Positions 1-9,286 of a DNA stretch of 64,000 nt are shown here, one piece after another (position 1 is the first letter of the stretch; every line of letters starts with the position of its first letter). The stretch lies in assembly GCA_947589285.1 (NCBI GenBank), contig CANPZV010000002.1, positions 619 to 64,618 on the forward strand. Reading direction: 5' to 3'. Position numbers and translations under genes: made by a program. This stretch comes from an uncultured Clostridia bacterium (GTDB lineage Bacteria > Bacillota > Clostridia > Christensenellales > Borkfalkiaceae). Under the pieces are notes generated by a model, which was given only the letters and a program-made list of their open reading frames with translations, ran no database searches and was not told where the DNA came from.

Positions 1-17
1 TTTGTGCTGTACCCAAA

Positions 18-52
18 AGAGAGACAGGCTCTTGCCTGTCTCTCTTTGTGCC
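18..52. terminator. Intrinsic-terminator-like hairpin (possibly bidirectional)
   Basis: 11-bp perfect stem AGAGAGACAGG (18-28) / CCTGTCTCTCT (35-45), 6-nt loop, A-run upstream and T-rich tract downstream. Confidence 0.45.
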
Positions 53-159
53 TTTCAATATCGCAATGAGCCGCTCTGCGGTAAAAGAACCCCGTACTTC
101 GCCTTCGACCCCAAGTCATATTCACCAAAATCCAATTCTTTGATACTGCCTGATTTTTC

Positions 160-189
160 TTGACAGCACTCCTTGTAGCATGCTATAAT
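160..189 (+). promoter_or_regulatory. Sigma-A-type promoter upstream of glycosyltransferase gene
   Basis: TTGACA 160-165, 18-nt spacer, extended -10 TGcTATAAT 181-189; ATG at 259. Confidence 0.5.
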
Positions 190-258
190 TGACGTATCAT
201 AGAAAAACATGACAAATAATTTTGTTATCACGTCGAAATATGACATACAAGGGAAGAT

Positions 259-1398
259 ATGAAGATCGTAATCGTCTGTGACGTCCTCGGAAAACCAAAT
301 AACGGCACATCGCTCGCGGCATATAATCTGATCGGCTTTCTCAAAAAAAGAGGACACGACGTCACCGTCGTCTGCGCCGATCAAGACAAAAAGGGCGTGG
401 ATGGCTTTGTGGTCGTCCCGATCAAAAATTTGGGTCCGCTCAATCTCATTCTGAAAGCCAATCACGTCTACCTCGCCAAGGCAGATAAAAAGATCGTCTC
501 GCAGGCGATCGCGGGTGCGGATGTCGTCCATGTTCTGATGCCCTTCCCCCTCGGCGTCGCCGCCGCAAAACTCGCAAAGAAGTCAGGCATTCCCGTCACT
601 GCGAGCTTTCACGCGCAGGCAGAAAACGTCACGGCGCACATTTTCCTCATGAATAGCCGCCTCGCCAATCATCTGACGTACACGCTCTTCTATCATCTCC
701 TCTACAAGCGGGTGGACATGGTACACTATCCTACGCAGTTCATCAGGGAACTTTTCGAAAAACAGATCAAACATTCCCTCCCCTGCCGCGTCATCTCCAA
801 TGGCGTGAACGACGCCTTCTTTGCCGAGCAAGAACACAGGCGGCTCGACGACAAATTCACGATCTTCTGCATGGGCCGTTTCAGCAAGGAGAAGGCACAG
901 CAGACGCTCATCAAGGCCATCGGAAAGAGCGATTTCAGGGACAATGTAAAGATCTACTTCGCGGGCTGCGGTCCCAAGGAGAAGAAGCTCAAGCGTCTCG
1001 CCAAGCGGTACCATGTGGACGCAGACCTCAGTTTCTATTCGCGGGACGACCTCCCCGCCGTCCTTCAGGGCGCGGATCTGTATGTGCATACCGCCGTCGT
1101 GGAGATCGAGGCCATCTCCTGCCTTGAAGCGATCGCGGTGGGACTTGTCCCCATTATCTGCGATTCTCCTCGGAGCGCGACCAAAAATTTCGCCCTCGAC
1201 GAGCGGTGCCTGTTCAAGGCGGGCTGCTGGCGCGACCTCGCCGAAAAGATCTCCTACTTCTACCATTCTCCCGACCAGATCGCCGCCTATCGGGAAAAAT
1301 ACCGCGCGTTCAAGGAGCAATTCCGCCAAGAGGATTGCATGCTGAAAATGGAGCAGATGCTCGAGGACACGGCGGCTTTGGCGAAAAAAACGTCATGA
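259..1398 (+). CDS. Glycosyltransferase family 4 (GT-B fold, group 1)
   Basis: 379-aa ORF. N-terminus MKIVIVCD..GKPNNGTS is typical of GT4. E-x7-E motif present (EIEAISCLE). Stop overlaps the next start (ATGA). Confidence 0.8.
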   Translation: MKIVIVCDVLGKPNNGTSLAAYNLIGFLKKRGHDVTVVCADQDKKGVDGFVVVPIKNLGPLNLILKANHVYLAKADKKIVSQAIAGADVVHVLMPFPLGVAAAKLAKKSGIPVTASFHAQAENVTAHIFLMNSRLANHLTYTLFYHLLYKRVDMVHYPTQFIRELFEKQIKHSLPCRVISNGVNDAFFAEQEHRRLDDKFTIFCMGRFSKEKAQQTLIKAIGKSDFRDNVKIYFAGCGPKEKKLKRLAKRYHVDADLSFYSRDDLPAVLQGADLYVHTAVVEIEAISCLEAIAVGLVPIICDSPRSATKNFALDERCLFKAGCWRDLAEKISYFYHSPDQIAAYREKYRAFKEQFRQEDCMLKMEQMLEDTAALAKKTS

Positions 1399-2219
1399 AA
1401 GAGAAAATCTTCTACTATACCGACCCGCTCAACGATGACTTCGCGGGGACGAATATCAAGAGAAAAGCCCTTCCGCAGGACTATTCCTATCTGCCCAAGA
1501 GCAAATTGCGGCAGGCGGTCGCATGGATCCTCCATCACCTGATCGCCACTCCCCTCTGTTTTCTCTATCTGAAAATTTTCTGCGGGCAGAAGATCGTCGG
1601 CAGGGAGAAACTCCGCCACTACCGCAAGGAAGGCTATTTCCTCTACGGCAATCACACGCGGACGGCGGGCGACGCCTTCACCCCCTCCATGATCTCCTTC
1701 CCGAAGAAACCCCATGTCGTCGTCAATCCCGACGCGGTTTCCATTCCCTTTCTGCGCCGCGTCGTCGAAGATCTGGGGGCGATGCCCGTCCCCGACAGCT
1801 GGGAGACGCAAAAGAAGTTCCTCGCCGCGATCGACGCCCGTATGGAGAAAGGAAACGTCATCGCGATCTATCCCGAGGCGCACATCTGGCCCCTCTATAC
1901 GGGGATCCGTCCCTTTACCGCCGCTTCCTTTGCCTATCCCGTCAACACGGGAAAAGCCGTGTTCACCTTTACGACGACCTATCACAGGCGCAAGCTCTTT
2001 GGAGGCGTCAAACCCATTGTCTATATCGACGGCCCCTTTTTCCCCGATGAATCACTCCCGAAAAAGGACCGCAAGTATGAACTTAGGGATCGCGTCTTTG
2101 CCGCCATGGAGGAGAGGAGCAAGCTATCCACCTATTCTCCCAACAGCTTTTTGCTGAAAACAGAGGAAGAAACGGCGGATCTCTGCGGAGCCGACCTCCC
2201 CCAACAGAATATCGGATAA
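1395..2219 (+). CDS. Lysophospholipid (PlsC-family) acyltransferase
   Basis: Internal ATG at 1395 of ORF 1206..2219 (MKEKIFYY...). NHTRTAGD acyltransferase-type His/Asp block and YPEAHIW block. Translationally coupled to the glycosyltransferase. Confidence 0.6.
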   Translation: MKEKIFYYTDPLNDDFAGTNIKRKALPQDYSYLPKSKLRQAVAWILHHLIATPLCFLYLKIFCGQKIVGREKLRHYRKEGYFLYGNHTRTAGDAFTPSMISFPKKPHVVVNPDAVSIPFLRRVVEDLGAMPVPDSWETQKKFLAAIDARMEKGNVIAIYPEAHIWPLYTGIRPFTAASFAYPVNTGKAVFTFTTTYHRRKLFGGVKPIVYIDGPFFPDESLPKKDRKYELRDRVFAAMEERSKLSTYSPNSFLLKTEEETADLCGADLPQQNIG

Positions 2220-2220
2220 G

Positions 2221-2254
2221 AAAACAGCGAGGAATGTCCCCCCGCTGTTTTTTT
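2221..2254. terminator. Bidirectional intrinsic terminator between convergent genes
   Basis: Stem CAGCGAGG 2225-2232 / CCCCGCTG 2240-2247 (1 mismatch), A-run before and T7 run after. Confidence 0.55.
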
Positions 2255-2255
2255 C

Positions 2256-2759
2256 TTATTGCAGACTGATCGTTACCGTGACAGGGTCCGATCCGGTGAG
2301 GATCGCCCTCAGTTCGTCCGACGAAAGGCCCTGCATCTTCCCGAGCCTTGTATAGCTCCATGAATTTGCCCCGTAGAATAGGACGATCTGATCTCCCGAA
2401 TAGAGAATGACGTCCCCCGCCTCCGTCGTCATCTGCCTGTCGTCGCGGGGAAGGGCGTGCCCCAATGCCCCGACCATTTCAAACCCGCCGTAGCTGTGCG
2501 CGGTATAGGTGATGTCCCCCTCTTTCAGAAGTTCGACCAGAGCCGCCGTTGCGGCGTTTTCTTCGAGCTTTACGGAATTTTTGTCGCTTCCGATCGTCAG
2601 AAAAATCACATCTGTCATCGCGTCCTCCTCCTTGCCGCCGTTTTCGTTCGGCGTCACTGCCGCAGGCGGATCCCCCTCGTTCCCCCTTGTTCCGCACGCC
2701 GCGAGCGCGAAGAGTGCCGCACATGCTACCAAAAGGAGACAAAATTTCAGCCGTTTCAT
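2256..2759 (-). CDS. Lipoprotein with cyclophilin-like fold domain
   Basis: Signal peptide plus lipobox (LFALAAC-G). C-terminal region GDVILYSGDQIVLFYGANSWSYTRLGKM resembles cyclophilin-like-fold proteins. Confidence 0.55.
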   Translation of the reverse strand: MKRLKFCLLLVACAALFALAACGTRGNEGDPPAAVTPNENGGKEEDAMTDVIFLTIGSDKNSVKLEENAATAALVELLKEGDITYTAHSYGGFEMVGALGHALPRDDRQMTTEAGDVILYSGDQIVLFYGANSWSYTRLGKMQGLSSDELRAILTGSDPVTVTISLQ

Positions 2760-3745
2760 TTCAGATATTTCCGTAAAAACGCCTCGATCTTGTCAAACGG
2801 AATGACGTCGAGCCTGTCGTAGAGGTCGGTATGCACGGCGTTCGGAATGAGCAAAAGTTCCTTGTTGTCGGCAAATTTGCTGTCCTTGGTCATCGCGGCA
2901 TAGGCGTCCTTTGAGAAATAGCAGGAGTGCGCCTTCTCGCCGTGGACGATGAGGACCGCGCTCCTTATCTCGTTGCTGTAAGCGAGGATGGGCATATTGA
3001 TAAAGGAGAGCGAGGACGTCTTGTTCCAGCCGCCGTTGGAGTTCAGACTGCGGACATGGTACCCCCTTTTTGTCTTGTAGTAGTCATAATAATCCTTGAC
3101 GAAGAAAGGCGCGTCGTCGGGGAGGGGATCGACCACGCCCCCGCCGAGTTCATAGCTTCCGCTCTTGTAGTCGGCCACGCGCTGTGCGTTGAGTGCTTTC
3201 TTTGTCTCGAAGCGGGCCTCTTCGCTGTCGGCCGCGTCGAAGTACCCCTTGGCGTTGACGCGCGTCATGTCATACATGGTCGAGGCGACCGTCGCCTTGA
3301 TGCGCGTGTCCATCGCCGCGGCGTTCAGTGCCATGCCGCCCCAACCGCAGATGCCGATGATGCCGATCCTGTCGGGGTCCACGTCCTCACGGCAGGAGAG
3401 AAAGTCCACTGCCGCAGAGAAGTCCTCGGTGTTGATGTCGGGAGAGGCAACATAGCGGGGCAATCCGCCGCTCTCGCCCGTAAACGAGGGGTCGAAGGCG
3501 ATCGCAAAGAAGCCGCGCTTGGCCATTTCCTGCGCATACAGCCCCGAGCTTTGCTCCTTCACCGCGCCGAAAGGTCCGCAGACAGCGACCGCGAAAAGTT
3601 TCCCGCTTGCATTTTTCGGCTTATATACATCGCAGGCGAGCGGAATGCCGTAGCGGTTGTGAAAGGTCGCCTTTTCGTGAAACACTTCCTCGCTCTTGGG
3701 GAAAACTTTGTCCCATTCTTGCGTCAACTTCAATTTTTCTTCCAT
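2756..3745 (-). CDS. Alpha/beta hydrolase (dienelactone-hydrolase-like)
   Basis: 329-aa ORF, nucleophile elbow G-I-C-G-W-G-G. SD AAAGGAG upstream. Confidence 0.65.
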   Translation of the reverse strand: MEEKLKLTQEWDKVFPKSEEVFHEKATFHNRYGIPLACDVYKPKNASGKLFAVAVCGPFGAVKEQSSGLYAQEMAKRGFFAIAFDPSFTGESGGLPRYVASPDINTEDFSAAVDFLSCREDVDPDRIGIIGICGWGGMALNAAAMDTRIKATVASTMYDMTRVNAKGYFDAADSEEARFETKKALNAQRVADYKSGSYELGGGVVDPLPDDAPFFVKDYYDYYKTKRGYHVRSLNSNGGWNKTSSLSFINMPILAYSNEIRSAVLIVHGEKAHSCYFSKDAYAAMTKDSKFADNKELLLIPNAVHTDLYDRLDVIPFDKIEAFLRKYLK

Positions 3746-3774
3746 GTTTTTATCTCCTTTCTGTTTTTTGATAT

Positions 3775-3803
3775 AGTATATCCCTTTTTGTTCAAAAAGT
3801 CAA
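3775..3803 (-). promoter_or_regulatory. Sigma-A-type promoter for hydrolase-lipoprotein operon
   Basis: Minus strand TTGACT (3803-3798), 17-nt spacer, TATACT (3780-3775). Normal 29-nt leader with SD. Confidence 0.5.
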
Positions 3804-3941
3804 TGGTATGCGCACAATTCGCGATCGACGTGGCAAGGGCCTACCCCTTTTCGGTGAGTGAGCGCATTATCCCGCGCGAACGGTGACCGCCCCGCCCGCA
3901 TTCCTATTGCACCAAGGGCGGGGCAGGATGAGCGGACCCGC

Positions 3942-4190
3942 GTCATTCTGAGAAACGGAGGTGAAACGAAGTCAGACAAGCGGAACCGAAGAATCTCGCG
4001 GGGAGACTACAAAGTAGCGGCGAGATGCTTCGGATCAGCCCTTTTTGACTTCGTACAGCATTGCTTCTCAGCATGACGCCGCTACCACGGACTTCGTTTG
4101 AGGGGATTCTTCGGGCTTTGCCCTCAGAATGAGCAGGGGCAGCGAGGGAAGAATACGGCTCCTTGCGCTCATGCTGAACGGAGGAAGGCG
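3942..4190. repeat. Intergenic cluster of short degenerate repeat modules (direct and inverted)
   Basis: CATTCTGAG 3945-3953 vs reverse complement 4123-4131. AAACGAAGTC 3964-3973 vs rc 4090-4099 (partial third copy 4047-4055). CCGAAGAATC 3986-3995 vs rc 4105-4114. TCATTCTGAGAAACGGAGG 3943-3961 vs TCATGCTGAACGGAGG 4169-4184. Confidence 0.6.
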
Positions 4191-4232
4191 TCTCATAGAC
4201 ACAAAAAAGGCCGCGATGACAGCGGCACTTTC

Positions 4233-4946
4233 TCATAGATTTTGCAGGTAAAAAACCTCTTCGGCGGTGAGTTTTCTGCACTCCCCCCTGCCGAGGCCGC
4301 GGAGGGTAAGCTCGCCGACCTTGATGCGCTTGAGGAACTGCACAGGTTTCCCGACGGTCTCAAACATGCGGCGGATCTCATGGTTTTTCCCCTCCGTCAA
4401 CGTCACATGCAGTTTTGTATAGCTCTTGTCTGTCTCGACGACATTGACGCGGCACTTCTTCGTGACAATGCCCTTCCCGATCTCGACGCCCTCGCGCAGG
4501 CGGTTGAGCTGTGCGGCCGTCATGCTCCCCTCTACTTTCACGAGGTAGGTCTTGGGGATCTCGGTCTGCGGGGCCGTCAGGCGATAGGCGAGCGCGCCGT
4601 CGTTGGTCAGGATCAGAAGTCCCTCGGTGTCATAGTCGAGACGGCCGACGGGGAAAACTCTCCCCGCGCCTGCGGGCAAAAAATCCATTACTGTCTTTCT
4701 CGGACGCTCGGTCCGCTCGTCGCTCACTGTGCAAACGCACCCCTTGGGCTTGTTCAGAAGATAGTACTCGTACTTCACCCCGTGGGAAAGCTCCCTCCCG
4801 TCGAGGGCAACGACGTCGGAGGGCATGACCTTGTCCCCCGCCTGCGCCACCTTCCCGTTGATCGTCACCCGTCCCGCGGCGACGATCTCGTCCGCGCCCC
4901 TTCTCGACGCGACGCCCTGTTCGGCAAGAAATCTGTTGATCCGCAT
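4233..4946 (-). CDS. rluB: Pseudouridine synthase, RsuA/RluB family
   Basis: N-terminal S4 domain (MRINRFLAEQGVASRR) and catalytic motif GRLDYDTEGLLILTNDG. Confidence 0.85.
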   Translation of the reverse strand: MRINRFLAEQGVASRRGADEIVAAGRVTINGKVAQAGDKVMPSDVVALDGRELSHGVKYEYYLLNKPKGCVCTVSDERTERPRKTVMDFLPAGAGRVFPVGRLDYDTEGLLILTNDGALAYRLTAPQTEIPKTYLVKVEGSMTAAQLNRLREGVEIGKGIVTKKCRVNVVETDKSYTKLHVTLTEGKNHEIRRMFETVGKPVQFLKRIKVGELTLRGLGRGECRKLTAEEVFYLQNL

Positions 4947-4982
4947 TTGTGTTGCAGAAACTCTGCGCTCCTTTCGTTCTGC

Positions 4983-5990
4983 CTATATGATATACAAATT
5001 TTGCGAAAAAAGCAAGTCGTTTTGAAGGAAGATCTTCATTTGTCCCGCAACTTCTCCCTGCTTTTGCGGCAAAGGATCGCAGAGCTGTGTGTCAAATTGC
5101 AGACCTTTGAGTTCGCTCTTCTTGAGGGGATAGGAAAAATCACACTTCACGGCAAAATTCTCCCACGGGACCGTGCTGTCGCAGAGCTTATACATCTGAT
5201 ATTCCCCAAATCGATCGTCGAGAAGTTCCGCCGTGCGCTCGTACATTTCGGGACAGTTCAGAACGACGCTCACAAGCCGCATGCCGTCCCGCTCCGCACA
5301 GGTCACGAGGCACCGCCCCGCGGCCGAAGTGAAGCCCGTCTTGACCCCGATCGCCCCCTCGTAATTGTAGACCATCTTGTTTTTGTTCTGCCAATTACGC
5401 GGCGCAAAATACTTGCACGAGACGATCTCTCGGAAGGTCTCGTTCTCCATCGCATAGGCGGAGATCAGGGCGAGGTCGCGGGCGGTGGTGTGGTGTCGGC
5501 TGTCGGGCAGGCCGTGCGGATTGACGAAAAAGCTCCCCTGCGCCCCGAGGAGAGCGGCCTTCTCGTTCATCTTTTCGGAGAACGTCTCGACCGAACCGCT
5601 GTGATGCAGGGCGAGGGTGACCGCGCAGTCGTTCCCCGAACGGAGCATCAGCCCATAGAGGAGTTCACGGACGGTGTAGCTGTCGCCCGCGCGGAGATAG
5701 ACGCTCGACCCTTCGACCCCCTCCGCCTCCTTGGGGATAATGACGCATTCGTCGAGGTCGCAGTCGTCGAGGATGAGAATGGCAGTGAGTACCTTCGTCG
5801 TACTTGCCATGGGAAGGCGTGCGCAGGCGTCTTTTTCGTACAGGATACGGCGTGAGGAGACCTCCACGACGCACTCCCCCTTCGCGGCTGTTGCGGCGTC
5901 GGCCGAGACCGTTCTTTCCCCCGCAAAGACCGTGAAGAGCGCGAAAAATGCGAGGAGGATCCCCAAAAAGTTACTCTTCTTCATCGTCAT
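4983..5990 (-). CDS. D-alanyl-D-alanine carboxypeptidase (serine-type, PBP5 family)
   Basis: SxxK (ASTTK), SxN (SGND), KTG (KTGFT). Signal peptide after MTMKKSNF. Start chosen at the internal ATG, alternative 5984 or 6017. Confidence 0.85.
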   Translation of the reverse strand: MTMKKSNFLGILLAFFALFTVFAGERTVSADAATAAKGECVVEVSSRRILYEKDACARLPMASTTKVLTAILILDDCDLDECVIIPKEAEGVEGSSVYLRAGDSYTVRELLYGLMLRSGNDCAVTLALHHSGSVETFSEKMNEKAALLGAQGSFFVNPHGLPDSRHHTTARDLALISAYAMENETFREIVSCKYFAPRNWQNKNKMVYNYEGAIGVKTGFTSAAGRCLVTCAERDGMRLVSVVLNCPEMYERTAELLDDRFGEYQMYKLCDSTVPWENFAVKCDFSYPLKKSELKGLQFDTQLCDPLPQKQGEVAGQMKIFLQNDLLFSQNLYII

Positions 5991-6360
5991 GGCCGACCTT
6001 GTCAACGATCCTCCCAACGATCTCGCCCGCCTTCTCGATCAACCCGTCAATGGGGTCGTTCGTCAGCTTGACCACGCGGCATTCGACGCCGTCGTCGATG
6101 AGGAACCCCGCAGGTTTCAGATTGATGACCGTCCCCGCGCCGCCCGCAAAGGGATATGTCTCGTCGAGCTTTACGGCCTTGACTTCGCCGTATTCTCCCC
6201 CGCCCGAGAGGTAACCCATCGTCACTTTCGTGAACGGAATGACCTGTGCCCCGCTCGCCGTACGGATGGGAGAGCCGACGATGGTGTTGACGTCGATGAG
6301 ACTTGTCAGTTGCTGCGCAGTTTTTTCAAGGATGCTGTCGATCTTTTTTTTCTTATCCAA
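5971..6360 (-). CDS. ytfJ: Sporulation protein YtfJ (GerW family)
   Basis: 129 aa, LIDVNTIVGSPI...VTMGYLSGGGEYG matches YtfJ/GerW family features. Confidence 0.8.
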   Translation of the reverse strand: MDKKKKIDSILEKTAQQLTSLIDVNTIVGSPIRTASGAQVIPFTKVTMGYLSGGGEYGEVKAVKLDETYPFAGGAGTVINLKPAGFLIDDGVECRVVKLTNDPIDGLIEKAGEIVGRIVDKVGHDDEEE

Positions 6361-6887
6361 TTTATCAATGCCTCCAATGCTTTCTTCATAAATGCCATGC
6401 CCAACACAAAGCCGTTGAATACGAGCGCGGTCTCAAAGGACACCTTAAAACAGGCTTCTTCGGAGATGAGAGTGTCGTTTTTCAGGGACAAAAAGGGATG
6501 TTTCGTCCTGAGGTAGGCGAAGGATCCCCCGCCGAGGGTCTGGAGTGCGGCGGCGATCATGACGCCCGTGACGCTCTCCGCACCCCCCGTTTCCACCGTC
6601 TGGTGCAAACGCCAGAGCTGGAACCCCTTGGTGACTTCGAACTTCTTTCTCGTATCTGCCATCTTGCCGTAAGGGACAAAGACGGCCTTCTTCTCCGTGA
6701 GATGCACGGCGATCCCCTCCCTGTCGAGCTGTCCGTATCCGCCGAAAAGTTTCAGGTGACGGAACAGCGAGAGGGAAAACCATGCGCGGTTCTTCGGAAT
6801 GTCCACATAGGCGTCGAGCCAGAGAAAGACGGGGAAAAAGGTAAGGAGCATCCCCGCAAATGCGGACCACACGAAAAATTCGCCCAT
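6306..6887 (-). CDS. DUF2953-type sporulation membrane protein (YtfI-like)
   Basis: 193 aa with N-terminal TM segment. Lies immediately upstream of ytfJ, as in the ytfI-ytfJ pair. Confidence 0.55.
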   Translation of the reverse strand: MGEFFVWSAFAGMLLTFFPVFLWLDAYVDIPKNRAWFSLSLFRHLKLFGGYGQLDREGIAVHLTEKKAVFVPYGKMADTRKKFEVTKGFQLWRLHQTVETGGAESVTGVMIAAALQTLGGGSFAYLRTKHPFLSLKNDTLISEEACFKVSFETALVFNGFVLGMAFMKKALEALINWIRKKRSTASLKKLRSN

Positions 6888-6940
6888 AACCGTAATATGG
6901 GCGAATCCGAAAAAAATATTTGTCAGTCAAAAAATTCCGC

Positions 6941-7663
6941 TCAGCCGATCTTGACGAGGTCGCTTTCGTCAAGCCCCTTGAGGAAATCGGGGATCTCGTA
7001 CCCGTCCCTGACCTCTTCCTTGGGCTGAGGTTTCGCATCCCGCACGCGTTCGGGAAGTTTCTCTCCTCCCCCTTCCCCGTCGCCATCGTCGTCGGTATCG
7101 TCCTCGCGGGCATAGAGGTAGCTGTCCCTCTCGTCGATGCTCGCGTTGCGGATGGCGTCCATCAATTCATCGTAGTCGGGAAGGTCCTCCAAGGTGTTGA
7201 GTTTGAAGCGTTTGAGGAATTCATCCGTCGTCGCAAAGAGAATGGGATGGCCGACGGCGTCCTTCCGCCCGCACGGATAGATGAGTTTGAGGTCGAGCAG
7301 CACGTTCACAGCATAGTCGCTGTTGTTGCCGCGGAGCAACTCGATCTCGCTCCTCGTGATCGGCTGTTTATAGGCGATGATCGCGGCGCATTCGAGGACG
7401 GTGCGCGTGAGTTCCTTCTGGCGGATCGGGTTGAGTACGGCCGCGACCTCATCTTTATAGAGCGGGTTAGTCGCGAGCTGGGCCTTCTTGTTGAATTCGA
7501 GGAAGCGGATCCCGCAGCCCTCCCCGTATTTTTCTTTGAGTTCGTCGATGGCCCGCCTGATCTCGCCCTCCGTGAGGTTGAGTTTTTCCGCAATATCCGC
7601 AAGCGGCACGGGTTTCCCCGAGGCAAACAGCACGGCCTCAATTATATTCGTCAATTGTTCCAA
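6941..7663 (-). CDS. scpB: Segregation and condensation protein B
   Basis: IIEAVLFASGKPVPLADIAEKL..., winged-helix ScpB signature. Follows scpA. Confidence 0.9.
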   Translation of the reverse strand: MEQLTNIIEAVLFASGKPVPLADIAEKLNLTEGEIRRAIDELKEKYGEGCGIRFLEFNKKAQLATNPLYKDEVAAVLNPIRQKELTRTVLECAAIIAYKQPITRSEIELLRGNNSDYAVNVLLDLKLIYPCGRKDAVGHPILFATTDEFLKRFKLNTLEDLPDYDELMDAIRNASIDERDSYLYAREDDTDDDGDGEGGGEKLPERVRDAKPQPKEEVRDGYEIPDFLKGLDESDLVKIG

Positions 7664-8435
7664 AGGGTTCTCCCTCCTTTCTGTCGGGGTTGAGCGAAAT
7701 GACGATCTCCCCGAATGCTTCGTTCTGCTTTACGCACAAAAATTGAAGTTTCAACAGCTCCAACATCGCCTGAAAGGTCGTCACGATCTCGGGCTTCGTG
7801 TAATCTTCGGTGAAGAGGTCCTCAAACTTGATCGTTCCGCCCCCTTCCACGCTCTCGAGAATGAATGTCGCCTTCTGTTCGACGGTGAACTCGTCGCGCG
7901 GGATCTCCCTCACCTCATGCTCGGCTCTCTTGCCCTCGCGCTGGAGCATCAATGCCTGAAAGGCTCCGATGAGGCCGTCGAGCGTCAGGGAATCGAGGTT
8001 AAAAACCGTCTTTGTCTCGCCGACGTCCTTGTCCGGCTCCTTGAAATAGTAGCCGACAGTCTCAAGCTCCTTCAGCTTGGCCGCCTCTTCCTTGATGCGC
8101 TTATACTCCTCAAGGGCTTGGATGAATTCGTCGCGGGTGTTTTCCTGCTCCTCCTGATACTCGGGATCGTCCAAAAGGTTGGGGACGAGGGACTGCCCCT
8201 TGATCTTGATGATCGTCGCGGCGATGTTGAGATAGTCGCTCATCTTGTCAACGTCGATGTACGGAAGCCCCTTCATATAGTCGAGGAACTGCTCGGTGAC
8301 CTGCGAGACAAAGATATCCTTTATCTCGATCTCATTCTTGTTGATGAGGAAGAGCAACAGATCCATCGGACCTTCAAAGTTGCTCAAAATCGTCGTATAA
8401 TCGACGATAGACTCAAATTTATCGCGGTCTACCAT
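7638..8435 (-). CDS. scpA: Segregation and condensation protein A
   Basis: Internal ATG 8435 (MVDRDKF...FEGPMDLLLFLI) gives a 265-aa kleisin. The longer ORF to 8672 overlaps the upstream gene. Confidence 0.85.
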   Translation of the reverse strand: MVDRDKFESIVDYTTILSNFEGPMDLLLFLINKNEIEIKDIFVSQVTEQFLDYMKGLPYIDVDKMSDYLNIAATIIKIKGQSLVPNLLDDPEYQEEQENTRDEFIQALEEYKRIKEEAAKLKELETVGYYFKEPDKDVGETKTVFNLDSLTLDGLIGAFQALMLQREGKRAEHEVREIPRDEFTVEQKATFILESVEGGGTIKFEDLFTEDYTKPEIVTTFQAMLELLKLQFLCVKQNEAFGEIVISLNPDRKEGEPFGTIDEYN

Positions 8436-9157
8436 GTCAAAAGGCTCCTCCAAATCTGCCCGAACGGCACGCCGAACGCAGGCTCCCACGCGGCACGGAT
8501 GGGAAAGCCGAAGATCTTCTCGGCAAATTCCATCACCCAGCCCAAAATGTTCATGTAATTCATAAAGGGAATGTAGGACCCGATGATCCTGCAAAGGAAG
8601 CTCTCCACGATCAAAAACAGCAGGATATAATAGCCGTAGTTGTTGAGGAATCTGTAGACAGGCCCATGCCATTTACTTGCGGCGTCGATGATGCGGAAGC
8701 CGTCAAGGGGATAAAAGGGCAGGAGATTGAACACACAGAAGCTCAGACTGTACGCATAGAGCATATAGAAGAGCGTTGTAAGAAAACTCGTCAAGAAGGC
8801 GATCTCGGGCATGAAATTGAGCAGGAGAAGGAAGATGGGATAGAACAGGAAGGCCATGATATAGTTCATCAAGATCCCCGCGCTCGCCGTAAGCCCCAGC
8901 CCCAGGCGGTAATTTTTGAAGTTGTCAGGGTTGATGGGAACGGGCTTTGCCCATCCGAAACCGACAAAAGTGAAACAGATGAGGCCGATGAGATCGAAGT
9001 GCTTCAAGGGGTTGAGCGTCAACCTCCCCTCATATTTCGCCGTCAAGTCCCCGCAACGGCAGGCGACGAACGCATGCGCAAACTCGTGGCACGTCAAGAC
9101 AACGACGACCGCGAGAAAACTTGCAACAAGCTCTATCACCCTGTCCAATACCAACAT
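8429..9157 (-). CDS. Site-2 protease family (M50) membrane metalloprotease
   Basis: HEFAHAFVA HExxH motif in the first TM region, polytopic, 242 aa. Confidence 0.75.
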   Translation of the reverse strand: MLVLDRVIELVASFLAVVVVLTCHEFAHAFVACRCGDLTAKYEGRLTLNPLKHFDLIGLICFTFVGFGWAKPVPINPDNFKNYRLGLGLTASAGILMNYIMAFLFYPIFLLLLNFMPEIAFLTSFLTTLFYMLYAYSLSFCVFNLLPFYPLDGFRIIDAASKWHGPVYRFLNNYGYYILLFLIVESFLCRIIGSYIPFMNYMNILGWVMEFAEKIFGFPIRAAWEPAFGVPFGQIWRSLLTW

Positions 9158-9165
9158 ACAAGTTT

Positions 9166-9194
9166 ATTATATCAATTTTTGCGGAAAAAAGCAA
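9166..9194 (-). promoter_or_regulatory. Sigma-A-type promoter, -10 box 8 nt from ATG (leaderless geometry)
   Basis: Minus strand TTGCTT (9194-9189), 17-nt spacer, TATAAT (9171-9166), then AAACTTGT and ATG 9157. No SD. Confidence 0.5.
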
Positions 9195-9243
9195 GAAAAA
9201 AACGCCACGATGCGCCGAAAAGCTCTTTTTTGTGGAAGGCTTC

Positions 9244-9286
9244 GCAAAAAGAAAAGACATAACGGCATTTCCTCGCCATTATGTCT
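9244..9286 (-). terminator. Intrinsic terminator of carboxypeptidase gene
   Basis: 12-bp stem 9255-9266 / 9275-9286 (one G-U on the minus-strand RNA), 8-nt loop, UUUUCUUUUU tail. The 5' arm overlaps motif copy 1. Confidence 0.65.

Noticed and set aside
55-531. 158-aa minus-strand ORF overlapping the glycosyltransferase start, with a possible 63-aa version at 55..246 followed by the hairpin at 18-45.
   Set aside because: The long form runs through the glycosyltransferase promoter and N-terminus. The short form has no SD, no recognisable fold and an odd composition. The hairpin could equally terminate a gene lying upstream of the window. Not reported as a gene.
4757-4772. Partial match ATAGTACT inside rluB as a ninth motif copy.
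   Set aside because: It lacks the invariant TGTCTGACA half and the flanks. An 8-nt match is within chance expectation.
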